A stretch of DNA of 64,000 bases, taken from contig JAYWIR010000008.1 in NCBI GenBank assembly GCA_036172245.1, positions 124,001-188,000 of the forward strand, read 5' to 3'. A program made the translations under genes and the position numbers. Shown here one piece after another: positions 1 through 10,823 of this stretch. Numbering within the stretch: the stretch's first letter is position 1; each line of letters starts with the position of its first letter. The notes under the pieces are model-generated. The model did not search any database and was not told the DNA's origin. It saw nothing but the letters and a program-made list of their open reading frames with translations. The DNA comes from Raillietiella orientalis (taxonomy: Eukaryota).

Positions 1-1418
1 CAATGCAATACATCGAGCTTGCATTAATAGCTCACTTTTTGATGCAGCAAAATGCCGACAATAACGTAAGATACTTCAAGCCTCAAGTTGCCACTTATAG
101 TCATAAACGAAGTCTCATTTGAAAAAATCCAATTGAACAGAAACATAAGAACATGTGAAAATGAAAACACGAAAAGTGCAAGTGTGACTATGATTAGTTT
201 TGAGGATTTTGATGTGACAAATTTTAGGATGAATTAACACTTCCTTCTGGCCGTACATCACGTCATGCCAAATTCAAAAGGTGTTATGGACATGAAAATA
301 TAGCAGCAACGCGCAGACCAGTTACAATAATAAATTGTATTTATAACTTATCGATCATATCAATTTTTCGGTCAAGATGAAAAAAAATTTCAGCAATGTG
401 TTTTCTGGGATAGAAATTAGCTGATTCTCTCTAAACTGACGTGCACAATTATAGAATCTTCAAAAAGGCTGCGAAAATGTTTCAAATTAGATTTTCTCAT
501 TTAGCATTTTGGCAATTGAACACAGGAAATTTAGTTTTCACATATTCGGAAATCGAACAGCATTTTCAAGAACTGAAGGAACAGGAACTGTTTGAATATT
601 AGGAAAGCGAGACAAAAAGGGTGTAACACTAATATCACTTGCAAAATAGTTATGCATACAACTGTAAAATGGTGGTAGCATTCCAAGTGAAATCTGTCAC
701 CAACCAAGGGATATCTAAGAATGTTATATAATCATAAAAACCACACCAATCATAAATGTACTTGCACTCAAAGTATGCACTATCATACAGTATCAAAATG
801 CTATTTTCGAATTGTTTATGTTTGAAAGAACTACTACTGCATGTGCAAGTATCAACTGAGATTACAGAAAGTAACTGAAATTTAGTAAACAAACAAAAGA
901 AGTATGCTTGTTGGAATTCGACATTTTGTAATATATTTAAGTTTCTGAGATTAGTATTGCTAAGAATTTTGGATAATTTGATGCCATTTCCTATTTAATG
1001 GAAGTCTACAACCATTTGTACATAAGACACTGTGTATACTCCTGTAGTTACTGGTTCACATGAACAAGTTTTAACAGGGAAAAATTTTCAGTTCCTTAGA
1101 AATCTATAAAATCTAAACAAATGATACCACATAATCTTTAACCAATAAATGATGCAGTTCCATTTAATTTATAATAAGTCTGTGGATTCAGTGTCAAAAC
1201 ATATGCTAAGAGAATAGGCAATATAATTATATGTTGAGCATTTGCAAAAGCATTAAAAGAAAAACCAAAGGATTTTTTCTAAGCAAGAACATTGAAGACT
1301 ATTTTAAAAACTGATGCATCCTTATCATAACCAACATAAATTGCCAAGCATTGTAAAATCAAAATTGTCAATGAGATCCTTTTTAAAAGCTTTACATTCA
1401 TTATTGCAACATGTTCAA

Positions 1419-4400
1419 TTAAATGATCTTAAGATTTTCTTTCATCACGAATTGTGTTAGTGTATTGACATCCAAATAAACAAAGTGACCACTGAACTTC
1501 TTTTCATGCAGGCAAAGAGGCAACCAGTATTTATCATCAGGCCACATTTGTTTGTAGGGGATTTCTTTTGGCACAAACCACTCTGGCTTCATTTCTATAG
1601 AGAGAGAGAGAGAGAAAAAAAAAATACATTCATTTTCATGGCCATTTTGGTATCTTCAGATGCAATTATGGATAAATATAAAATTCAGGAAATACAAAGA
1701 AACAAAGAATTTATCAAGCATTTGATCATGGGCTTGAAAGCACTTTTGTAACTTGTTTTTGCTCTGGACAAACTTCATGGGTATGGTAGCTCTTATGATA
1801 CAGAACGAATTCAGCATTGCTGGCTAAATCAAAAATAACATCCGAACATATGCATACAAAAGTTTGCAAATTAAGTGCTTATCACAAGAAAGGAAAGGAT
1901 CTGTTTGGAGGGAAGTGTTTTTTATAATAGCATGCTGGAAATTGTTTTCCATTTGAATAAAAACTACCAAAAACTTGGAAGAACATTTGAAGTTGTTATA
2001 ATTCCTAAAACCAGACTACATAATCTTGGGAAGTTATATAACATGAAATTTTTAATCTTGTACAGATACATTTTTGCAAATGTAGCAATACCAACTTCCA
2101 CTATGTCTTACTATTTTAGTAAACTAGTATCATGTAATTTGAGAAGGAAAAATGAGTTTTGCAAAAATACATCAACTAGGTATTTCTCAAACTCCATTCC
2201 TTTAAAAACCTCAGAATGCAACTCACAACTTGGATTTTATCATTTTGAGCATCATTTTCTAGCAACTTTCAATACATGTCATGATCCCCAAGCTATAAAT
2301 GCTAATTTGTGCACAGATTATTAAATTAAACATTCTTTATCTTAAAGTGACAAACAAAATAAGCTACCCAATATAAATTAAATTCCACATTTCTCCTTTT
2401 TAATCTTTGCAACAGTTTGTGCTCTGTATAAGCATACTGCCTTAAGCTGTAATCTATGAAAGAGCTTCTTCACTATGATTATCTTACATTTAGTCAATGA
2501 AGTCAGGTGATACTTGTATCAATCTCTAAACCATCTTCCAATTTACATTCAACATTACTTGTCTGAACAAAAGTAGACCAAGCTGTGTAATGAAATGAAA
2601 ATAATTTGGTTCATGAAGAAAACTATATTTCTTAATTATTAACAATTATATCAAATGGTACCATACGCAACAATTGCTTATTTCATAAACATTATTGTTG
2701 AACTTCATTTTTAACATCAAAGAACTCAAGTGGGCATACATATCCATACACAAATACTCAAACTAATGCCTATTACATTTGGTAATATTCCTAATCTTAT
2801 AAATATTTCCTCTATCAAATTTTGTTTGTCTTTGTAAAAATGTAAAAGTTACATCTTCCTTTTTGTATCATACCAGATATGAGATTGCTGCACATAATTC
2901 AATCTTTGGATTTCTGCAGTATTGCATCCTTGTAATGCAACTTTTTAAGCTCTGTATTCTTATTTGTTCTCATCTGATAGATTTATAAGATTTTACATGC
3001 TCTCCCTAACCAACATGGTATTTTATAAATAGACAAAAAAATATTACCTTCTGTTTCTATAGGAGTTCCTTTAACATGGTTAGTTTTAAATACATGTATA
3101 TGCCACATTTGAAGATCACCAATGAATCTTAATGCTAAAAAACCCATCCTTTCAACTTTCTTAGCTTCCAGACCAGATTCTTCTTTAAGCTCTCTGAAAA
3201 GAACATTGGAAAAATAACTTCTCAAAAATAAAACTTGTTTACAAGTTTAATCTCAAAGGAAATATTTTTGCAATTCACACTTAAAAGTTATTGAAGAGAA
3301 TAATTTCATCATCTGATCAAGAAGGAATATTCAAGTTTCCTAGTTCAAATACAATATATGAAGGTTGTTCAAAAACTAAGCTCACAAGCTCATTTTAGGA
3401 AACTGATAGAAAATTTCATTATACAGTGCATGTTGTTAATGTCAATATTTAGGCAGATTATTGCTACTATCCTATGTAACCTTCCAACTAATTATAACAT
3501 TCATGGGCAAATCAGACAGATTTGTCAATGATGGCTAAGAACAAGGTAACCCTTTAGAAATGCAAACATCCTGGGAATCCAATGCACACGAAGTATGCAC
3601 AATTCAAGCTCCTCATAGTGACAAAAAAATCATTTCACCTGAAAATCAAATTTTGTTTGATACTCACAAAACATACACCTTCCGATTTTCAAAATATTGC
3701 TTTTAATAGTTCATCTTTGCATCAGGTCTTGCATTGGCTGATCTCCCACTTAGGGCTGATCTGGTTTTGTCTAATTTCCCAAATCTCTGCATAAATTTCT
3801 GTTGACAGAAAACCTCCTTCCCCATAGCCTTCACCAAGGATAACAGGAATGCATGCAGTAAAAACATTTTTCGCATTTAAAAATCCAATTACAGTGAACA
3901 CATCCTCAGGGTACCATATGTCTAGGAGGGCAGTTATTTTTAAGTAAAGGTATACCAAGTAACAACCAATTATATTTGATCCACTTTACAATCTTCCTAC
4001 ACGTAAATGTCCCATTATTCTATCAACACAAATTCTCACAACCAATTATATTTGATCTGTTTTTCAATATGTAATGCACTGGTAGTCAGTCTCGTAAACT
4101 TAATTTTTGAGCAACTATTTTACATTACAGCATTTCTAAAACTGACATGCAATAGGTCATGGCACACAAAAAATTAATTTATATTTTCCTTTTTTGTTAA
4201 AAAAATGGGAATGAGTTTTAAATCCATCTCAAATTTAGGACTACAACTTTATTTTTACTCATGTGGTACAAACGCTTTACAATTACTTGAAAGACCGTGA
4301 TGCATAGACGGGTTGATACGGATTTACCAAACGTTGGCATACTACCATGTTAGCCTACTTTCGTATGCTAGCAAAGTAGATCTCGGATGAGTACCAATGT

Positions 4401-4646
4401 TTCAACGGTAAGGGCAAACAATCACTGATAACCAATTTGGAATGCAGTATAACGTTAAAATTTATTTACTAGAATTTTTTTTAACCTTTTAGCGGCTTCA
4501 GCAAGAGATTCATTACATTCTACTTTTCCGGAAAAACAATTCCATCTTCCTTTTCCTAATCCTCTTTTTTGGAATCCCAGTAAAACTTGCTCTTTATTTC
4601 CGACCACTATTACAACAGCTTGTTTCACGATTGAGATACTCGCCAT
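1419..4646 (-). CDS. NUDT1: 7,8-dihydro-8-oxoguanine triphosphatase (MTH1/NUDT1, Nudix hydrolase), 3 coding exons, 160 aa
   Basis: Exons 4646-4486, 3193-3048 and 1594-1419 join in frame through GT-AG introns (483 nt). Protein: MASISIVKQAVVIVVGNKEQVLLGFQKRGLGKGRWNCFSGKVECNESLAEAAKR/ELKEESGL...GTPIETE/EMKPEWFVPKEIPYKQMWPDDKYWLPL...KII*. The Nudix box GX5EX7REUXEEXGU is intact, and the MTH1-specific GRWN and MWPDD motifs are present. Exon 3 is absent from the ORF track and was found by reading the sequence. Confidence 0.93.
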
Positions 4647-5699
4647 ACAGCCGGTCTCGTGTAATTAATAAACAAATGTAAACCACGCTTTAAGCAATCT
4701 AATTAGCAAGCTTAACTGTAATAGAAAACGTTTCATGTTTAACCATTATTTTACGCAGGGTTCTCCATGCTCTTACTCAAGGAAACAACCGATCTTTTTC
4801 ACTGATTACTTGAATGCAGTTGATGCATGAAGAAATGCACGAAGAATAATGAAGAGAAAATTACATGGATTAATGCCTTCTGATACCTAAAAGAAGTATT
4901 CAAAAATTAAAAAGAAACAAAAGACTGCATTTCAATGGGAGAATAAACCACTGAAAACCAACGCAAAGGAAAGAACACATGGATAGCTTACTGCTGTTAT
5001 ACATATTCCATAAAACAGGTATGTTTTCTCAAATAGCAGATTTCAATAACTATTTCACAATTATAAGAAAAATATGCTTGAAAATTGCAATTCTTTTCTT
5101 TTAGTGCCATAAAGAACTCTACATTTTCATTACTACTTAAAAGGCTACTTAAAAGGATGCCCCAAATTTTTCTTTCAGCAGCAAAAGGTCTTAAGAATCC
5201 AAAACAATGAACACATTTGATATTACTACGTATTTTAGCAGCAAAGAAATTCCAGTTTCAACGCTACAATAAGACCTCTTTCCAGTGTTATTTACTAAAA
5301 CAAAATGCTTCTTTTCATTAACAAATGTGCCAAGTGTCCAACGTCCTTTGTTTCAGATGTCTCCATTTGGAGTTTAGGATCAGAAATGTTTTTGAAAACA
5401 GCATATCTTTGAGATCAGAATCATACTTCATAAAAATCTCTATGCACTTCCGAGTTTACATCTAATTTATTGTATGTACATGATCATTACATTATGTGGA
5501 TCAAAATTTCAAAAAATATTATCGGAAGAAAACTTGTAAGAGATTTGCAAAGAAGCATGCAGAGAGTTATGTGGAAATATGTAACAAGTATGCAGATGTT
5601 TGAGTCAAACATTAACAGAATTTTTTTCGAGGGAGCGGGAAAAAAGGGAAAAAAATGACGATATTAGTTGAAAACTTTTTTGCATCCTCTCATTTGACA

Positions 5700-7260
5700 A
5701 TAACATTCATTAACTGTGATGATTCATTTCCACATGTCGCGCAGACAGTAAGATTGTCTCCTCTGGATGGACAGCCGAGTCAACGTGCCCGGTATATGAC
5801 CCTGCTGAAGCAAACCAATATGAGGAAACCATGGGCTTCCGCATCATTCGTCCAAGGGACACACAGTGTTCCCACCTCATAGTTCTTAGGGTTTCATGAG
5901 CCAACCACTATAGTATGTACGGAGGCTTGCTATACGCTGAGTGATACTACACTTTGGTGATTGTTGTACAGTTCAGTCCCTATATTTTCCTCCTTATTCT
6001 CATGAGTTCTTTCCAACGCTGCGGGAGTATTAAGAGGGTAGCAGGAATCAAGGATAATCAGTCGATTGCCTTTTCTTAAAACCAGGTGCGGCGCAAGTAT
6101 CTTTCTAACTTCGGGAGCTCGACTGTTTTCTGAAACTATTTCCAAGCTGCCAGTTGCCTTTTTAATCAGATCTACTAGGGCAAGATGGAGTTTTATTCGC
6201 AGTCTGGGATGATACATACAGTGGTTTAAAATGTAGGAAGGGTTTTATTGCACATCTGAGATCTTAATTGGTTTTGATTATTATTCTCTTGTAATGATGC
6301 GCGAATCGGTAGTAATTTAAGGTGTGCTGCATTAATGAACCTCTATGAGTCGAAGAGCAGGTATTCTCCAATGATTGAAAGCTCTGTTTGATGTTATGCG
6401 TTGGAAACAGTAATACACAGATCATGGACCATCTGTTTTCCCTTGATCGTGATGATTTTCAACTGGGAGAGTCATGCTGCAGCATGCTATACAGAAAGAA
6501 CACATGCTGCAAATTTCCTTCTTAACGACTGGTCGAAGAAATGATTAGCTCTGACAGCACTAGGTTGATGCCTTCAAAGGTCCATTGCGCTCTCATGCAG
6601 TTGGTCTTCCCTGTTCGAATGCTCTTGATGATCGAGACTGCCTAGAGAACGCCCTCCGCATGTCCCCCAAGACAAAACACCTAACATCCTTATCCGTGGA
6701 TGGAGTAAGGATTCTAGCGACATCGAAAGGAGAGTTTCCTGGGTAAACTCCAAGATAATGGGATCAGTTATGGTAACTTCAGGCAGCTGTCAACCAGGAA
6801 AGTATCCACCTCGTTAGGTTCATCGACACGACGAAGCCTTTTGCTCGCTCATTATACAAGCACTCATTTGTTGCTTTTGAGGGAAGCCTTAAGCAGTTTC
6901 TCACTAAATCACATATCGAGTTACTGGTGTAATCCTTATTTCATTTGAGTAACGGACCAAATCTCTGTAAGTGAACAAACACAGGGAAGACCCAGTGCAA
7001 TGAGTTTTTGAAATGTTGAAAGCACAATCCACGAGAATTGGCACACTAGACTGAAAGAGCTCTCTTGGTGAGAATGGTTCCGTAAGAGTACACCGAATGT
7101 TTTAGCTCAGAATTTCCATTTCTTTTACTATACATTCACAGAAATGAGCTCCTAGTTAATTTGCATGACGGCATCTTCACCACTGATTTGCTTCGAACAC
7201 CCAACACTGAAGATTAACACGATCCCAACATTGAACTTGATGTTTCAGTATCTAAATGTA
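5700..7260 (-). mobile_element. Degenerate non-LTR retrotransposon with C-terminal restriction-like endonuclease (NeSL/Utopia-like); many stops and frameshifts
   Basis: Minus-strand fragments occur in the order expected for RLE-type LINEs. RT C-terminal part: LNIKFN, LSTFQKLIAL..VFP, LRLPSKATNECLY. Then RFINAAHLKLLP, a CCHC remnant YILNHC...H, the RLE region ENSRAPEVRKILAPHLVLRKGNRLIILDSCYP (ORF 5930-6217; cf. RPDLV..IIDV..P), and IVVGS.NPKN...MMRKPMVS...Y.GHV (ORF 5710-5904). A possible GVLQG/AD remnant may extend it to about 7480. Boundaries are approximate. Confidence 0.72.
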
Positions 7261-8284
7261 CTTTTCACTACATTTTTTGCATAATAATTCATTTTTAAAT
7301 ACTTAAAACTTTGCCAATACTGATGACATTGCTTTCGTTTAGTTACGAAACAGTCGAGCTATGCACCGAAAGGATTGTAATTGTATCTGCTGTGTGTGCA
7401 ACGGTGTCACTTTTTCTGAATTTTTAGATGCAAACTGGTAACACTGCAATCCCTGTAACACTCCAATTCAGAAAACTCATACTGGGTGAAACAAAAAATT
7501 TTCTAATTCGAAATCAAAATAGGTGATGCATGTATCAGCTGTGGAACGCGCAAGGTGACCCAAAGCTGTTTCATCCAAATTTTTAGAATGAGCTTCATTC
7601 TCCATTATTGACGGTGCACACGTATGTACCTCTATCGTTGATTCGACTTCCCTACTACCGATATCACAGGTAGTTAAAATGAGCACTCGAATTAAGGATT
7701 CAAAAGGCGAAACCAGCATTTATAATGTTCAATAAATGCCTGAAAACAATAAATTCAAGAATCGCATAAGGCTTGCTACTTAAGCTTAATCAGTTTCAGT
7801 GAAACACCTGCACAGCATTGTTTTTTTGTCAGTCTGATGAACGCAGTTTTAACCATGGTGGCAAACTCTGAGAGTGCAACTAGATAATGGTAAGCTTCCT
7901 GTGTTGTTAGAAAGCTCACATTTTTTATGAACGCCATCATAGTGTTATTTCTCGAGAATTTTATTTCTGCACTTCATTGCAAATATTTATGTTTCATAAA
8001 ACTCCAGGTGCTTCCCTATAATAAGCAAAAGGTTTTTTTTTTCTATATCATATTTGTTGCATTTCTAATGAATGCTCTTATTGACACATATATTTGTTCC
8101 CTAAGTTACTCAAAAGTTATTGATCGGATAAGAAATTTGTCTCCAAATTAAATGACATTCTGAATCTGTTTTTACTCTCACAAAAAGAAATTTCATGGAG
8201 AGATGGTATTAAGTTAAAATACATAATGTGAGCACTTCTGAATTATATCAGAGTTTGTGACCAAATTCATTTACCAAAGTTTAG

Positions 8285-9712
8285 TTATGTTACATGTTCA
8301 GATGTTTCCAGGCGAACAGATTGAAATGCAGCAATTAGAGCAGATAACTGGATTTTTTCAGAACTTCCTGCCAATAATCGATACTCAATGTCTGCCAACT
8401 TAATCAGTAGTTGAATACGAATAGTATCTGGAAAATCGACTAAACAAAAACAATTCCAAAAGTAGATCCATTGCACTCACTAAGATGAACAAAACGATGT
8501 GTCTCTGTTAGAATATCTTGTAATGCTAAACCTTTTAATTGTTTCAGTTCTATGATATCTTTAATAAGTTAAGGAATCCCTAAAAATTTGTTCAAAGGAT
8601 ACTTTTATATGCATTTACAAAATCTTCATTCAACATCCAGTGAATCATATTCTGTAAATCTTCTTTTAATGGGTGTCCCGTACATGTGTACACTGCACTT
8701 TCAGTAACTTGGGAATGTGCTAAAGATGTAGACTGAAGAACATTAAGTGCTCTACGCATATCACCTTGGGATAAGGCAACAATTGCTTGCATTCCATCTT
8801 CAGTCACAGGAATGCTGTAGCTTGCATAAGCAATTTTGTCAAAATTCATGGATTTTACCTTTCTTTGGAAATGATATACTGCAGTCTTGGCAACATCTGC
8901 TGTTGAGTCAGGGGACCGAAGCGAAAGCGAGTACACCTTGATTGCAATGCAGGAATGATTTTGTTCAAATAATTGCAAATCAGACAGAACCGGACATTTT
9001 CAGTAAATTTTTCAATAACTATAACGTAGGAATTACACAGTTATGCATCATAGGAATGTACAGATATTTAAACTATTGACACACATCACCACATTGCATT
9101 TTTTACACGTGAAATTCACAGACAGTAGCAAACGAAATGAAAAAATGAGAAAAGACAACATACTCCTCCTCAATGCATTTTGGGCATCATGGGTTAAAGC
9201 ATCTGCTTCATCCAAAATAATTAATTTCACTCCTGAACTAAATATAGTTCTAGTACTTGCAAAATTTAATATTTGAGTACGAACGACATTAATTCCTCTG
9301 TCATCTGAAGCATTCATCTCTAAAACCTCGGATACAACGTTTGGAAATTTTTGAAGATTTTCTTACCATCGAGCTAAGTTTTTCTTTGGGATATAACCTC
9401 CTTGCACAAGCAAGTATAGTAGAGGTTTTTCCAGTACCAGGAGGTCCATAAAACAAAAGATGTGGCAACTTATCTTCATCGATAAACTTACAGACTAAAA
9501 AAAAAAGCATTCGTTTCCTGATTAATGAAACCATTCTGAAAACCGTTACTAACTGATTTTAATGATGTCTTCATGGGAAATGAGTTCATCTAATGTTTTC
9601 GGGCGATATTTTTCTACCCTACATGCGATCCTTCAAAAGAAATAGATTTGACGGTGATAACTCACCAAGGCAGATCGGGACTTGGAATGCTGGAGCTCAC
9701 CTCACAATTCAT
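8285..9712 (-). CDS. RFC5: Replication factor C subunit 5 (clamp loader AAA+ ATPase), 8 coding exons, 335 aa
   Basis: Exons 9712-9666, 9618-9554, 9494-9367, 9326-9164, 9018-8859, 8814-8603, 8558-8481 and 8439-8285 give 1008 nt in frame. Motifs: LPWVEKYRP, Walker [28 protein letters not shown], Walker [13 protein letters not shown] ([10 protein letters not shown]), [11 protein letters not shown], and the RFC5-type C-terminus [11 protein letters not shown]...LADIEYRL...[12 protein letters not shown]. Confidence 0.95.
8559..8602 (-). other. U12-type (minor spliceosome) GT-AG intron, 44 nt, RFC5 intron 6
   Basis: The intron reads GTATCCTTTGAACAAATTTTTAGGGATTCCTTAACTTATTAAAG. It has the U12 5' splice-site consensus GTATCCTTT and the branch site TTCCTTAAC, with the presumed branch A 10 nt before the 3' end. 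Removing it restores [19 protein letters not shown]. Confidence 0.9.
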
Positions 9713-10814
9713 GATGTAACGAATGCACTGATCAAATTTCTCTCTCTATGCCTTTTACCAAAAAAGAACCCAGGCGCACCTCGTAAATTCAAGCCTGCAT
9801 CCCGAAAACTGGCTTTCGGAATAAATTGATAACAGAAATAACTGGAAATTAATTTTTCGAGTACGTTAAGGCGCGAAAGTTACCTCCTTACGGGTTTCGC
9901 GCTCGTTGCTATGCCGCAAGCGCCCTCCACTGCAATACCATGGACTGCTGCTACTGCTCCCCCCGAGCATGCATGCCAACTTTCCCGAACAGATGCAAAC
10001 TCAACTGCTGCAACATGGAATAATCCTCTTTAATTTCAAAGGATTTTTCGTACTGCACCTTCAGAAAATGTTCAGATTTGCTACTTAAGCATTTCATGAT
10101 TCACTATTCAATGATTTCAATCGATTCCTTGAAGGAAAGTTTTTCGAAAGTTATTCTTGAGCTTTCGGGAAGTTTCGTTGCACACAGTTTAGTTGTGGAA
10201 TTACACTCTTAAAAATTGAGAAACTGATAATTTATAGTAGCAGCAAAAGAACTGCAAGAAAAAGCTATCATCTGAATTGCACGAGTTAAAAAAAGAGTAA
10301 AAGCAAAATGAGCACATTATACCCTAGTTTCTATCGTTCGTCAGCTCGTCTGAGGAAACTACTCTTCATTTCTCTAAGTTACGATTAGAATTTTAGGTGT
10401 TGATTCACTTCTTTCAGGCGTGAATACTTTTTTGTTAATTTACAGTAGAAACATCTAAAATGAATCCAAATTCGTCATTTGAATGTTTGCTTTCATCTTT
10501 ATGCTTTCCAAGTGACTTTTTAAATGGATGTCCGAGCGAGAAATTTTTTTTCACTGCATGAAGTCTGTTCCAATAATTCCAACGAAATAAACCATATTAA
10601 AATATCTATGTAAGCTATTTTTTGCATTTCTCACCAGCAAGTCAACACAACGTCAGTGGACCCAAATATTCTCCTTTGTGAGAACGAATCTTCATTCAGA
10701 AGTCAAAGGATTTCCGTAAGTCAGAGGTGTTTCATGCATAAGTGTCATAAACCTAATACAGTTATTTACGCTGCATATCTCTGTACACTATCGACAAGAT
10801 TCCACTTTTGTATA

Positions 10815-10823
10815 TGTGACACA
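10815..10823 (+). repeat. Target-site duplication, left copy (TGTGACACA)
   Basis: An identical 9-mer occurs at 13071-13079. RT-like coding sequence begins immediately after this copy. Confidence 0.7.

Noticed and set aside
2850..2915. Nearby CAG acceptor giving a short alternative NUDT1 ending (EIQRLNYV...KM*)
   Set aside because: It lacks MTH1 motifs; the terminal exon with EMKPEWF...MWPDD is at 1594-1419.
5611..5627. A7-TTCTGTT downstream of the RLE element, resembling a U2 3' target junction
   Set aside because: Only 6 nt match (TCTGTT) and no further U2 sequence follows.
9795..9970. Short upstream ORF (MLGGSSSSPWYC...RKE) with a GTAACT donor and CAG acceptor ahead of RFC5
   Set aside because: It splices into an immediate stop and has no recognisable homology. 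It may be 5' UTR but cannot be supported without transcripts.
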